Positions 19,844 through 30,558 are shown, numbered from the stretch's first letter. The stretch: DNA of 64,000 bases from Patescibacteria group bacterium (GCA_041665545.1 JBAYIQ010000002.1:66369-130368); one strand, 5' to 3'. Made by a program: numbers and translations. The notes: generated by a model not told the origin, from the sequence alone.

Positions 19844-20539
19844 TTAATCAGTGGTACTGATAGATTTGCATCCGTCTATATAACGATCTCCCCCTCTTAC
19901 ATTTTTAAATAAATCACAATAATCATCGTTTTTCATTATAATTTTATAACGATAGATGCAGTCATATGATACATTTAAATCCAGTGGCATTTCAAGTGAT
20001 TTTGCTACACTTAGACAACCCTCTATATCTCTTGTCGAGTAAAGAAATTTTTCAAAACATTTTGTTAGCATGGAATGTTTTTCCTGGCTATTTGTTAATT
20101 GCACACTTAGTTGTTTGCAATCTTCATAATTTTTAGCTTCTTGTAAAGATTTGTTTGTTATTTCTCCAACTATTTTACTGCGCGCATCTCGTTCATTGAT
20201 TTGTTTATTTATATTGTATTCCTCCCAACAAATAGGGGTATAAATTATAACACCAATAGCCACAAAAATGGAAGATGACACTATAAACAATTGCCTGTCG
20301 TTGTGTTTTTTTGCTGACGGAAGAATAATGTTGACCACTAGCCCAAAAATAGTTGAGCCAAATAATCCAGGTATAATAATACCAAGCCCCCAAATTCCTG
20401 CCTCCGATTTTAAGAAATATAATAAATAAACAAACGCAATTACCCAGACGGCGTTTGATAAAATGAATAATATCCAGAATAATTTTTTAGATATTATTTT
20501 GTTAGAATTAGAGTTTATTTGATTATTTTTTGAGAGCAT
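19844..20539 (-). CDS. Hypothetical membrane protein with Cys-rich extracellular part
   Basis: Three N-terminal TMs; very AT-rich. Confidence 0.7.
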   Translation of the reverse strand: MLSKNNQINSNSNKIISKKLFWILFILSNAVWVIAFVYLLYFLKSEAGIWGLGIIIPGLFGSTIFGLVVNIILPSAKKHNDRQLFIVSSSIFVAIGVIIYTPICWEEYNINKQINERDARSKIVGEITNKSLQEAKNYEDCKQLSVQLTNSQEKHSMLTKCFEKFLYSTRDIEGCLSVAKSLEMPLDLNVSYDCIYRYKIIMKNDDYCDLFKNVRGGDRYIDGCKSISTTD

Positions 20540-20704
20540 AAATGATTTTAATATTATGTTATCATTATACTATAAATAATCTTAACCTCCTATAGCCCCC
20601 ACTCAAAAATTACCACCCGCCTCGCCAAAGTATTTGCGCTAGTTTCTTGAACTCGCCTTTTATAGCATTGACTCTATAGCCAAGTTCCGCTATAATATTT
20701 TGTT

Positions 20705-21670
20705 ATGTTAAATCACCAACACTTAAGTCAGGCCATACTGCAGGAAATCAAGCAGGCCGAAAATATATTAATCATCTCCCACCAGCGCCCCGATGGCGAT
20801 ACTTTGGGTTCAAATTTAGCTTTGCGTAAATATTTATCTAGTTTAGGCAAAAATGTACACTCTTTTTGCGATAGCTTGATACCGGATTATCTGACTTTTT
20901 TGCCAGACAGTCATCTTATAAAACAAGACCATTTGTTATTCACCAAAAAGTTCGACTTGGTAATCACTGTGGATTCGGCGACTTTAGAGCTTACTGGCGC
21001 TCAGCATCTTTTGGAAATATTACCCCAGCCCTATCGGCTAATAAATATTGACCACCACAACTCCAACCCCAAATACGCTGACATCAACCTAGTGCTCTCT
21101 GAGGCCTGCTCCACAGCCGAAATAATCTACCGCCTATTTGCTGATTGGAAAATAACTTTGGACCAAGACATTGCTACCAATCTGGCCTGTGGCTTGATCA
21201 CTGACACTAGCGGTTTCAAAAACCCAGCTACTAGCTACCAGTCACTAAATATTGCTGCCGAATTATTCAACCAAGGCGCCAATTTACACCAATTATTAAA
21301 AATAACCAACCGCAGTAAAAATATTGACAATCTGATTCTCTGGGGCCGAGCTTTGGAGCGCTTGGAAAAAATCGAAAAAAATAATATAGTTTTTACCTTC
21401 CTGACGCAGAGTGATTTACTGGAGACAAATACTGACGAATCAGCCATTGAAGGCATTGCTAATTTTTTGCATATCCTAAAAGAAGGCAAAATAATTTTGG
21501 TTTTAGTGGAAACCAGTGCTAATATGATAAAGGGCTCGCTACGCACTACTTCGGAAATAGATGTTTCCGAAATTGCCAAGCTCTTTGGCGGTGGCGGACA
21601 CAAAAAAGCCGCGGGCTTCACCTTGCCAGGTAAATTGGATTATGTTAAAAATAGAATAAGGATTATTTAA
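20705..21670 (+). CDS. nrnA: Oligoribonuclease/PAP phosphatase
   Basis: HQRPDGD, NIDHH, GGGGHKKAAG. Confidence 0.93.
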   Translation: MLNHQHLSQAILQEIKQAENILIISHQRPDGDTLGSNLALRKYLSSLGKNVHSFCDSLIPDYLTFLPDSHLIKQDHLLFTKKFDLVITVDSATLELTGAQHLLEILPQPYRLINIDHHNSNPKYADINLVLSEACSTAEIIYRLFADWKITLDQDIATNLACGLITDTSGFKNPATSYQSLNIAAELFNQGANLHQLLKITNRSKNIDNLILWGRALERLEKIEKNNIVFTFLTQSDLLETNTDESAIEGIANFLHILKEGKIILVLVETSANMIKGSLRTTSEIDVSEIAKLFGGGGHKKAAGFTLPGKLDYVKNRIRII

Positions 21671-21741
21671 TTTACTTTACCGCCCAGAGGGCGGTCGCCC
21701 TATGGGCGGTACTTTCAACTTTAAACTTTTAACTACATTAT

Positions 21742-22314
21742 ATGCTTATACCCACAGTAATAGAAAAAAGCCAAGGTGGCGAAAGAGCTTATGACATCTA
21801 CTCTCGCCTACTCAAAGACCGTATAATTTTTTTGGGTGACGCGATTGATGATCACATCGCCAACCTAGTCATTGCTCAATTGCTTTTTTTGGATGCTCAA
21901 GACAATACTAGGCCAATCAAAATGTATATCAATTCACCGGGTGGTTCAGTGACCGATGGTTTGGCAATATATGACACCATGCAACACGTCAAAAGTCCGG
22001 TCTCCACTATTGCTGTTGGCTTAGCCGCTTCGATGGGCGCCTTGTTGCTGTCGGCTGGCACCAAGGGCCAGAGATTTGCTTTACCCAACGCCGAAATTCT
22101 CCTGCACCAAGTAATGGGCGGCGCCCAAGGCCAAGCATCAGACATCAAAATAAAAGCCGAGCAGATTTTGAAGCTCAAAGATCGTCTCAATCAGATACTG
22201 CACAAGCACACTGGACAAGCTTTAAAAAAAATAGAAGTTGATACTGATCGCGACTACTATATGAATCCCGAAGAAGCCAAAACTTATGGCTTGATCGATA
22301 AAATCATAAAATAA
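21742..22314 (+). CDS. clpP: Clp protease proteolytic subunit
   Basis: [18 protein letters not shown]. Confidence 0.98.
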   Translation: MLIPTVIEKSQGGERAYDIYSRLLKDRIIFLGDAIDDHIANLVIAQLLFLDAQDNTRPIKMYINSPGGSVTDGLAIYDTMQHVKSPVSTIAVGLAASMGALLLSAGTKGQRFALPNAEILLHQVMGGAQGQASDIKIKAEQILKLKDRLNQILHKHTGQALKKIEVDTDRDYYMNPEEAKTYGLIDKIIK

Positions 22315-22371
22315 TTTATCCACAACAAAAAGATTGTTCACTTTTGAAAAGATTTGTGCTATTATATTTTC

Positions 22372-22503
22372 CAAGGTGAGTCTTGAGGATCTAAACCATC
22401 CTCATTTCTAAATTCTCATCCCTAAGACCATCGGTGCACAGCACCATTCATAGCCGAAAGACTTTGGATAATGCTGTGCTCAAGCCGATGGTCTTTGTTT
22501 TAA
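22372..22503 (+). ncRNA. Putative small structured RNA, class unknown
   Basis: TGnTATTAT -10 upstream; hairpins TGAGGAT..ATCCTCA and AAGACCATCGG-(T)GCACAGCA..TGCTGTGC-CCGATGGTCTT, then T-run. Confidence 0.5.
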
Positions 22504-22594
22504 AGTAAAAGAAAAAGACCCAATGGGATTCTGTACCCATTAGGTCTTTCCACACGACTGATGTGTCGCGAATCCTCTGTCGAGGTGTACTCTC

Positions 22595-22852
22595 TCAACC
22601 ACTGAGAATATTATACCAGAACAGCTGGGGATTGATGATCCAGTCGGCTATCGCCAATCCAGTGAAACCGATACTTGCAAAGAACCAGGAATAGAAGAAC
22701 ATGTGTTCATCACGACGTGAATGACAAATGGCCTCATCTGACGCTCTGCCAGAGACGGCGTTAGGAACATCCCTTCTGGCTAAGATAGTCGCGATGATAC
22801 CGCTTACGAAGAGAATCAACACCAAAAGTTTGGCTTCAAGATCTGGGTTCAT
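22595..22852 (-). CDS. Small 2-TM hypothetical protein (SD-led)
   Basis: AAGGGGTG before ATG; own TTGACA promoter and terminator. Confidence 0.7.
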   Translation of the reverse strand: MNPDLEAKLLVLILFVSGIIATILARRDVPNAVSGRASDEAICHSRRDEHMFFYSWFFASIGFTGLAIADWIINPQLFWYNILSG

Positions 22853-23060
22853 GTCTTCACCCCTTCCAATATCAAGGCCACTATTACCACCACCCGCTTA
22901 CGCTAATAACTTATATAATATTAAAAAGATTGTCAAATATAATTATGGCCCACTACTATTAGGCTCAAGCCGATGGTCTTTGTTTTTTTGTAAAAGAAAG
23001 AGTCCATCGCGGCTTGATGGACTCTGGCCCAAAAGAGTGTGGGCAAGCAAAGGAGATGAA

Positions 23061-23351
23061 TCACGACTCCGGTGGCAAATGATGCTTGGCACGAAATTCC
23101 GCCTCCAAACGCGTCAGTGTTCCTTCACTAACCAAGCGAATGGCTGCCGGATTACACCCGCTGGCTGGGTATAGTATCGCGCCAATTTCTCGTAGATGAT
23201 ATCTACTGGCAAGAAGACGCAGTCTTTTCATTCGAGGGTCATTTTCTAATGCCCTCAAAGACGCCTCGAACTGATCCGGACCATCATCTGAAAAAACCCC
23301 GGACACCAAGATGATACCTTCGGCCGTGCCATAAATCCCCGTAGGTCTCAT
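23061..23351 (-). CDS. Hypothetical protein (SD-led)
   Basis: AAAGGAG before MRPTG at 23351; terminator ~22998-23025. Confidence 0.65.
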   Translation of the reverse strand: MRPTGIYGTAEGIILVSGVFSDDGPDQFEASLRALENDPRMKRLRLLASRYHLREIGAILYPASGCNPAAIRLVSEGTLTRLEAEFRAKHHLPPES

Positions 23352-23508
23352 GATACACACTCCTTTATTGACAATAGTGGCGATGAACATACCTTCAAAA
23401 TTATTGTAATTTATTTTTAATATTAAAGCAATTTGAGTAAAAAAAGAAGAGACCAACTTACCCTGGTCTCTAATGGGTTGGGTCCGAAGACCCTGATGGA
23501 ACAGTCGA

Positions 23509-23739
23509 CTAGCCGCCGATCCTGCCGAGGTGGATCTTCGCGAGCATATCATCGATCGACTCGAGTCTTTTCTTGAGAATCGTATTCTGACGAACGGTTT
23601 CGTAATCGATCGACACGAGCTCGAAATACAGTGCCATGAACGCGAGAAAAGCAACTGCCTGAATCTTGCCATTCCCCGTCAGAACAAGCAATGCCGCGAT
23701 CATGAAGAGAAAGCCGAGAATAAAAGCGATAATCCTCAT
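23509..23739 (-). CDS. Small membrane protein (SD-led)
   Basis: AAGGAG before ATG; two TMs. Confidence 0.7.
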   Translation of the reverse strand: MRIIAFILGFLFMIAALLVLTGNGKIQAVAFLAFMALYFELVSIDYETVRQNTILKKRLESIDDMLAKIHLGRIGG

Positions 23740-23785
23740 TTCCGTGCTCCTTGTTCAGGTACAGAACCATTGGCCCTGAGACGCC

Positions 23786-24139
23786 TCAGAGTGTAGCCCT
23801 GCTATCTGCGGGTGTTCTGCTCGGCCGTCTCCACTTGAGCAACTGAATCACGTAGAAACTCGCCGAGAAACTGACAACCGACGAGCTAATGACAAGCATG
23901 TTTCTGCTTATCAAGAGAATGGTCGCCAGAATGATGACGCATGTGCAGATCAGGTGGATACCCACCACATGCCGCCACTTCTCACAACGCAGGGTGGATC
24001 CGAGAAATATGCCCGCAAAGATACTCATGAAGATGGCCTTTACGAAATAGACACCCTGGGGATTCGAGACTTGCTGAACGGCCACTATTAGCATAGCCGC
24101 ACACACCAAGTCCAGCAGAATAATGGCTAGGGTTCTCAT
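23786..24139 (-). CDS. 4-TM membrane protein (SD-led)
   Basis: AAAGGA before MRTL. Confidence 0.7.
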   Translation of the reverse strand: MRTLAIILLDLVCAAMLIVAVQQVSNPQGVYFVKAIFMSIFAGIFLGSTLRCEKWRHVVGIHLICTCVIILATILLISRNMLVISSSVVSFSASFYVIQLLKWRRPSRTPADSRATL

Positions 24140-24324
24140 GAGACATCCTTTCATTTTGAGGTACAAACCATGACCTGAAATGGCCTATTTTTGGTTTATA
24201 ACATAATATATAATAAACAATGAATTGTGTCAATACAAAACTAAGTTGACTTTTTACCTAATATTAGGTATAATGGCTAGGAGAGTAATAACTCTCATCT
24301 AATTTAAAACCGTTTTATTAATAA

Positions 24325-24481
24325 TTTACTGTTTTGAAGTCTGTATCTAGACGCTCTAGATCATATTGAACCGACAAGTGCTTATTTCCCATGGAATTAA
24401 AATTCTCTGATAACAATTTAATATCAATTATCAACCTAAATCACTTGTTTAGGTCTATTGTCTTCTCAAAAAAGCAGTAAA
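24325..24481 (+). ncRNA. ssrS: 6S RNA-like long hairpin
   Basis: Closing stem TTTACTGTTTTGAAG/CTTCTCAAAA..CAGTAAA, inner TGAACC-GACAAGTG/CACTTGTT-TAGGTC, central bubble; directly upstream of rny, a known 6S context. Confidence 0.7.
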
Positions 24482-24497
24482 CTGGAAAGTTTAACTT

Positions 24498-26009
24498 ATG
24501 TATATTTGGCTATTGGCCGCGCTAGTTGCTGGTGCATTTTTTGGCTATCTAATAAAAAAATTATTTAGCAGCCAAAACATCAACTCGGCCGAAAGAAAGG
24601 CAGAAGCCATCCTAGCTGACGCCAAACAAAAACAAAAAGATCTCCTCTTGGAAGCCAAGGACAAAGCCATGGCAGTCATTGAGGAATCCAAAATTGAAGA
24701 GCGTGATCGCCGTCGACAGCTACAAGAATTGGAAAATCGCTTGGGCAAGCGCGAAAGCTTGTTTGACCGCAAAATCATGGAATTTGAGGAAAGCAAACAG
24801 CGCCTCGACAATTCCCAGCTACAATTAGAAAAAACTCGCGAGGAAATAAAAACCATCAAAGTAGAGCAACTTTCAAAATTGGAAAAAATAGCTCAACTCA
24901 ACCAAGATGAAGCTCGCGAAGTTTTGCTCAACAACACTGAGACGCGCATGAAGGACGAACTGCTTCATCGTATCCGCAAATTGGAAGAAGAAGCTCAGGA
25001 TGAATTGGAAGAGCGCGCCAAAAAAATATTAACCACAGTGATTGAGCGCGTGGCCGCTCCCCATACTGTGGAAACCACCACCACTTCCGTCAACCTGCCC
25101 AACGAAGAAATGAAAGGCCGTATCATTGGCCGTGAAGGTCGCAATATAAAAACCATTGAGCAATTGACTGGCGCTGAAATCATTATTGACGATACCCCGG
25201 AAACTATTTTGATTTCCGCTTTCAATCCTATCCGCCGACAATTAGCCAAACGCACTCTAGAAAAATTAATGGCTGATGGTCGTATTCATCCGGGTCGTAT
25301 CGAAGAAACTGTCACTCAAGCCAAAAAAGATCTGGCCTTGGACATCAAAAAAGCCGGCGAAGAAGCTGCTTATCAAGCGGGCATAGTCGGACTAGACAGC
25401 AAACTGCTCCAAATTTTGGGTCGTTTGAAATACCGCACTAGTTACGGCCAAAACCAATTACAGCATGCTTTGGAAGTTTCGGCTTTGGCTGGCACCTTGG
25501 CTGCGGAATTGGGCGCTGATGTCAATGTCTGCAAAAAAGGCGGACTACTGCACGATATTGGCAAAGCACTAGATCACGAAATACAAGGCGGTCACCCCGA
25601 GATCGGCTATGACCTATTGAAAAAGTTTGGTTTGCCAGAAGAGGTGGCCTATATGTCCACTGCTCACCATGAAGATCAGCCCAAGTCAATCGAAGGCGTG
25701 ATAGTCAAAATTGCTGATGCTATTTCTGGCTCCCGTCCTGGCGCTCGTCGCGATTCTTTTGAAAACTATATCCAACGTTTGACCGAGCTGGAAGACACAG
25801 CCAAGACTTTCCCGGGTGTAGAAAAAGTCTATGCCATCCAAGCTGGCCGTGAGATCAGAGTCTTTGTGTCACCAGATGAAATTGATGACTACAAAGCCAC
25901 TACTTTGGCTCGAGATATAGCCAACAAAATTGAATCCGAGCTCAAGTACCCAGGCGAGATCCGGGTGACTGTAATCAGAGAAAAAAGAGTCATAGAATAT
26001 GCCAGATAA
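24498..26009 (+). CDS. rny: Ribonuclease Y
   Basis: N-terminal TM, coiled coil, KH (KGRIIGREGRNI), HD domain (LLHDIGK). Confidence 0.98.
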   Translation: MYIWLLAALVAGAFFGYLIKKLFSSQNINSAERKAEAILADAKQKQKDLLLEAKDKAMAVIEESKIEERDRRRQLQELENRLGKRESLFDRKIMEFEESKQRLDNSQLQLEKTREEIKTIKVEQLSKLEKIAQLNQDEAREVLLNNTETRMKDELLHRIRKLEEEAQDELEERAKKILTTVIERVAAPHTVETTTTSVNLPNEEMKGRIIGREGRNIKTIEQLTGAEIIIDDTPETILISAFNPIRRQLAKRTLEKLMADGRIHPGRIEETVTQAKKDLALDIKKAGEEAAYQAGIVGLDSKLLQILGRLKYRTSYGQNQLQHALEVSALAGTLAAELGADVNVCKKGGLLHDIGKALDHEIQGGHPEIGYDLLKKFGLPEEVAYMSTAHHEDQPKSIEGVIVKIADAISGSRPGARRDSFENYIQRLTELEDTAKTFPGVEKVYAIQAGREIRVFVSPDEIDDYKATTLARDIANKIESELKYPGEIRVTVIREKRVIEYAR

Positions 26010-26787
26010 AATAACCATACTATTTTTTGGTGACGTTGTCGGCGCCATTGGACGCCAAGGCGTAAAAAATATTTTGCCAATCTGGCAAAAAAAATATAAG
26101 CCCGATTTAGTAATTGCCAATATTGAAAATTTAGCTCATGGTTCAGGCCTGACCACAAAAACAGTGGCCGATATCCAAACCACTGGCATCCAATTGTACA
26201 CTGGTGGCAACCATACTTGGCGTAAAGAAGACTTGACTAATTTTATTGACCTAAAAATTGCCACACCCATCAATGATGTCCGCACTATTCCTGAACACCG
26301 CTATCAAGAAATTGAAATAAAAAAGACCAAGATTGCGGTGGTTAGTGTTTTGGGTGAGGGTATGATGAAAGACGAGGCGATTTCCAATCCTTTTTTAGCA
26401 ATTCGCGATATGTTGCCAGAGATTCATGACCATATTATTTTGGTTGATATGCACGCCGAACTGACCAGTGAAAAAAAAGCCATGGGATTTTTCTTGGATG
26501 GTAAAGTAGCGGTTGTCATGGGTACTCATACCCATGTGCCAACCGCCGATGCTCAAATTTTGCCCGGTGGCACTGGCTACATCACTGATGTGGGCATGGT
26601 TGGTGCCTATCCATCAGTCATCGGCATAGACAAAGAAGTAATAATTGAAAAATTTTTGACTGACTCACCGGTCAATCACGAAATACCAGTGGCTAGCCAA
26701 ATCGAAATAAATGCTTTATTATTAGAGGTAGATATCAAGAGTAAGAAAACTATTAAGATAAAACATCTAAGAGAAATCATAAATTAA
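25999..26787 (+). CDS. ymdB: YmdB-like metallophosphoesterase
   Basis: GDVVG, GNH, DMHAE, GTHTHV. Confidence 0.92.
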   Translation: MPDKITILFFGDVVGAIGRQGVKNILPIWQKKYKPDLVIANIENLAHGSGLTTKTVADIQTTGIQLYTGGNHTWRKEDLTNFIDLKIATPINDVRTIPEHRYQEIEIKKTKIAVVSVLGEGMMKDEAISNPFLAIRDMLPEIHDHIILVDMHAELTSEKKAMGFFLDGKVAVVMGTHTHVPTADAQILPGGTGYITDVGMVGAYPSVIGIDKEVIIEKFLTDSPVNHEIPVASQIEINALLLEVDIKSKKTIKIKHLREIIN

Positions 26788-26793
26788 ACACAT

Positions 26794-27072
26794 ATGAATA
26801 AGGCACAATTAATTGAAAGCGTGGCCATCAAAGCTGGCGTCAGCAAAAAAGAGGCCGATGATGTCCTCAAGGCCTTTGAAGATTTGGTCATGGAGAATCT
26901 AAAAAACGGCAGTGAAATAACACTGACCGGCTTTGGCACTTTTTCTGCCAAAAAACGCTCTTCCCGTCGTGGAGTCAATCCCCAAAAACCATCCGAGATC
27001 ATCACTATCCCAAAAGTGACCGTGCCAAAATTCAAAGCTGGAAAAACTCTCAAAGATTTTTTAAAAAAATAG
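26794..27072 (+). CDS. hup: DNA-binding protein HU
   Basis: MNKAQLI, GFGTF, PKFKAGKTLK. Confidence 0.97.
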   Translation: MNKAQLIESVAIKAGVSKKEADDVLKAFEDLVMENLKNGSEITLTGFGTFSAKKRSSRRGVNPQKPSEIITIPKVTVPKFKAGKTLKDFLKK

Positions 27073-27076
27073 CTAA

Positions 27077-27880
27077 TTATTTCAACGCAAACACCAAACC
27101 CACCTTGCCGCCACTAGCGGCATTTTTGTTTTCATCCCAATCAGCCAGGGAATACATCAAATTACTTTGGGTGTAGATAAAATCCGCGCCTAGTCTAGTG
27201 CCGGGATCATTGGTAATAAATTTATCACCAGTAAATCCCTTGATAACCAGCATGTGATAAACTGGACCGCCATTGGTGAAATTAGGATTAGCTAATTTTT
27301 TGCCGTCAGCCGGCACTATCACTGGTCTCCCTTGTCTCAACAAATCTTTTATTTTTTCTACTGTCAAATCACTAACTATTTCTGTTTTTTGATTATAAAT
27401 GGCCAAGGCCAACTCTGCTTCCTTGGCGATTGGCAACTCTGGATGCACGCCCCAAGTCTGTATTTGCCAATCCACCATATCTACCAATATTTTTTCAACA
27501 GCCAGTTTGTCGGGCATTTTTTTATTGGCATAATAATAGTCAACCATCAGTAAACTAGCTTCTTCGCAGGCGTTTTGAAATGGCTCAGACCAATTGGCAG
27601 TCGGCGCCTGAGAAGTAAATGGCACGGCCAAATTGACAGCTATTAAATTTTCAATTGGTTTTACGACTGGTTCCTTGACTGTATTGGTATTATCATTTTT
27701 TATTGGCGTGTTAGTAGGATTTTTATCTGCTACAGCTATGTTTGTATTAGCTTTGATATCCTCATAGGTCTGTGCTTTTGGTAGCTCTATTTTGTCTTCA
27801 AATTTATCACGACTAAAATAATAGTAGGTAAATCCAGCTACTAATACTATTGCTAATAAAATATATATTTTCTTTTTCAT
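27077..27880 (-). CDS. C39-like peptidase, membrane-anchored
   Basis: VPFTSQAP..NACEEAS..YHMLVIKG..NDPG. Confidence 0.85.
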   Translation of the reverse strand: MKKKIYILLAIVLVAGFTYYYFSRDKFEDKIELPKAQTYEDIKANTNIAVADKNPTNTPIKNDNTNTVKEPVVKPIENLIAVNLAVPFTSQAPTANWSEPFQNACEEASLLMVDYYYANKKMPDKLAVEKILVDMVDWQIQTWGVHPELPIAKEAELALAIYNQKTEIVSDLTVEKIKDLLRQGRPVIVPADGKKLANPNFTNGGPVYHMLVIKGFTGDKFITNDPGTRLGADFIYTQSNLMYSLADWDENKNAASGGKVGLVFALK

Positions 27881-27980
27881 CCGGTTAGAAATTTAATTAA
27901 TAAAATTTGATTGACTAAAGTCAGTTTATTTATTTATTGGATTTTTTCTATTATAGCTTGTCCGGTAAATTTCTAACCGG
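27881..27980. mobile_element. 100-bp MITE-like element with 15-bp terminal inverted repeats
   Basis: CCGGTTAGAAATTTA ... TAAATTTCTAACCGG; related element at 60176-60283. Confidence 0.7.
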
Positions 27981-28118
27981 AATCATAAACTCATCATAAC
28001 AGCTTTGATGTTTATTTACAATTGATCTAGCCAAATAAACAGAAAAGAACCGAGAGTCTGATGACTTCGGTCCTTCTAGGTGTACTCTAGATTGCCAACC
28101 TTTTTGTAAGGTAGCAAG

Positions 28119-28283
28119 CTAGAAGTTGGGTGTCGAACTGCCATAATTGGCTAAACCATTGTTCACAACGGTCAGAATTGTAGTGATCACGTTGATCAGC
28201 AGTTCATAAACTCCCGGGGCGAAAATCTTGAATAAGATAAGCAAGAAAACTAGTTGGAAAAAAGCTCCCATTGCTCTAAACAT
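28119..28283 (-). CDS. Small hydrophobic peptide (54 aa) with long structured 5' UTR
   Basis: MFRAMGAFFQLVFLLILFKIFAPG; own promoter and terminator. Confidence 0.55.
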   Translation of the reverse strand: MFRAMGAFFQLVFLLILFKIFAPGVYELLINVITTILTVVNNGLANYGSSTPNF

Positions 28284-28490
28284 ATCATTGCTTATTAGCT
28301 TCAAGGCCTGGGAAGAACTCATTGGACTTGCGACTATTGTCCTTCTTTTGGCCTATGAGCCATTATTCAAGTTCTCTCCAGGCAGTTTTACTGAAAAATT
28401 CATTCAATAAAGCTGGCTGGAGAGAAATTCGCTGTTTGTAAGGTACTTATATCCCCCTTTATATATAAAGACGGCTAAGATTGGCAAAAA

Positions 28491-30005
28491 TTACACTTCG
28501 GTCCAGATTTTATTGCGGTATTGCAATGCCTCCAAAATATGCTCTTCTTCAATATTTTGACTACTAGCTAGATCAGCAATAGTCCGAGCCACTTTCAAAA
28601 TCTTATAATAAGCTCTGGCTGACAATTGCATTTTTTCCGTGGCCGTTAGTAGCAGTCTTTGATTGCTTGACGACAAGGTGCAATATTTTTTTATCAGCTT
28701 TGGTGGTAGATCACTGTTTAATAAATTATTTTGTTGGCGGCCTGTTTGACGCTGTCTAGCTGAAACTACTCGCGCTAAAATTTCTTTAGAACTTTCGGCT
28801 AAATTTTTACCATCAATCAACTCATTACTTTTTACTCTGGCCACATTAAGATGCAAATCTATACGATCAAGCAAAGGACCTGATAATTTTTTTCTGTATT
28901 TGGATATTTCCATTGGCGTACAGTGACACTCATGGCTGGGATCAGTCAAATAGCCACAAGGACAAGGATTGGCTGTAGCCAAAAAAATAAAATCAGCCGG
29001 ATAATCTACTGAACCCTTGATACGCGACACCGTAATTATTTTGTCTTCCAATGGTTGGCGCAGAGCCTCCAGTACTGCTCGAGGAAATTCCAAAATCTCA
29101 TCCAAAAATAATACATTACGATGAGCCAAAGATATTTCTCCGGGTTTGGGGTAAGTGCCACCACCAACAATAGCTGACACTGACGCTGAGTGGTGCGGAC
29201 TGCGCAACAACCTGCTACGCACTAGATAATTGTCTTCAGTCAAAAGGCCAGCTAAGCTATGTATTTTACTGACTGCCAAGGCCTCGTCCAAAGATAGTGG
29301 TGGTAAAATAGACAAAAAACTTTTGGCCAACATAGTCTTGCCCGAGCCCGGAGGTCCTACCAATAGGACATTGTGTCCGCCAACAGCCGCGATTTCCAAA
29401 GCCCGCTTGGCCAGCGTCTGACCTTGGACTTCTTGGAAATCAAAACTTGCTTGACTGGGCTCATTATAAAAAACCACTGGCGCTTGGGGCTCAATTTTTT
29501 GCTGGCCATTCAAGTGCTGTATCAGTTGAGCTAAATTATCAACCGCAAAAATATTGACACCCTCAATCACACTGGCTTCTTTGACGTTTTTTTGCGGGAC
29601 AAATATATTTTGGAAGCCAAATTCTTTTAGCGAGCCGACCATGACCATAACCCCGGGCACGGGCTTGACCGAGCCAGTCAAAGACAGCTCACCAATGAAG
29701 GCCGTGGGTTCAGAAATTGACCTCAACTCACCATTAGCTTGCAAGACACTGACGGCCATAGACAGATCGTAAGCTCCGCCACTTTTTTGCACTTGGGCTG
29801 GTGCCAGATTGATCACCACTTTTTGGCGCGGAAACACAAAACCGCTATTTTCAATAGCGGCCCAGACTCGCTCTCTGGCCTCTTGCACAGCTGTATCAGG
29901 TAAGCCAACAATAATAACCTTAGGCAAATGCCTAGATAAATTAGTCTCTACTTCTACCAAGTTGCTTTTCAAGCCCAAAACGGCAACTGTATAAATATTA
30001 GCCAT
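28491..30005 (-). CDS. comM: YifB/ComM Mg-chelatase-like AAA+ ATPase
   Basis: GLPDTAVQEARERV, GPPGSGKT, NPCPCG, SGPLLDRID. Confidence 0.95.
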   Translation of the reverse strand: MANIYTVAVLGLKSNLVEVETNLSRHLPKVIIVGLPDTAVQEARERVWAAIENSGFVFPRQKVVINLAPAQVQKSGGAYDLSMAVSVLQANGELRSISEPTAFIGELSLTGSVKPVPGVMVMVGSLKEFGFQNIFVPQKNVKEASVIEGVNIFAVDNLAQLIQHLNGQQKIEPQAPVVFYNEPSQASFDFQEVQGQTLAKRALEIAAVGGHNVLLVGPPGSGKTMLAKSFLSILPPLSLDEALAVSKIHSLAGLLTEDNYLVRSRLLRSPHHSASVSAIVGGGTYPKPGEISLAHRNVLFLDEILEFPRAVLEALRQPLEDKIITVSRIKGSVDYPADFIFLATANPCPCGYLTDPSHECHCTPMEISKYRKKLSGPLLDRIDLHLNVARVKSNELIDGKNLAESSKEILARVVSARQRQTGRQQNNLLNSDLPPKLIKKYCTLSSSNQRLLLTATEKMQLSARAYYKILKVARTIADLASSQNIEEEHILEALQYRNKIWTEV

Positions 30006-30081
30006 AATAAAAATCGCTTTTCTTTTTCTTATGGCTATTTTACTCCCGCTCTGAAATAAAAGTCAAGGTCAGCGAATTTTT

Positions 30082-30558
30082 TTAATTCAACTGCCAAATT
30101 GTATAGTTCAAAAAGCTAGCAAAACTGACCCACAGTAAATAAGGGATCAGCAAACTACCAGCTTTTTTATCAAGCTTGAAAAACCAAATGATCAAAGTCA
30201 AAATCATGAGCCACAAAACAATAATTTCTAAAAAGGCATAAAAAGGATTGCGAAGGCCAAAAAATAAAATCGACCAAAATATATTAAATAGTAAATGAAC
30301 TAAGAAAAATATCGTGGCTCGACGAGCGCTTTTGGAATGACTAGCTTTTTGCCAGACCAAATACAGGGCAATGCCCATCAGGATGAAAAGCGTGGTCCAC
30401 ACCGGCCCAAAAAGCCAAGATGGTGGATTCCAAGTGGGCTTATTGATTGTCTGATACCAACCGGCAATCTGCGGAGTGGTAAAAAATGAGCCAATAAACC
30501 CGGCTCCCAGACAAATAAGCACTGAACTAAATAATTTGATAATACTTTTGTTAGTCAT
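30082..30558 (-). CDS. tspO: TspO/MBR family tryptophan-rich sensory protein
   Basis: WYQTINKPTWNPPSWLFGPVWT; PYLLWVSFA. Confidence 0.93.
   Translation of the reverse strand: MTNKSIIKLFSSVLICLGAGFIGSFFTTPQIAGWYQTINKPTWNPPSWLFGPVWTTLFILMGIALYLVWQKASHSKSARRATIFFLVHLLFNIFWSILFFGLRNPFYAFLEIIVLWLMILTLIIWFFKLDKKAGSLLIPYLLWVSFASFLNYTIWQLN

Noticed and set aside
22500-24240. Integron cassette array
   Set aside because: No attC-type RYYYAAC/GTTRRRY pairs seen, no IntI, and the genes carry their own promoters and terminators.
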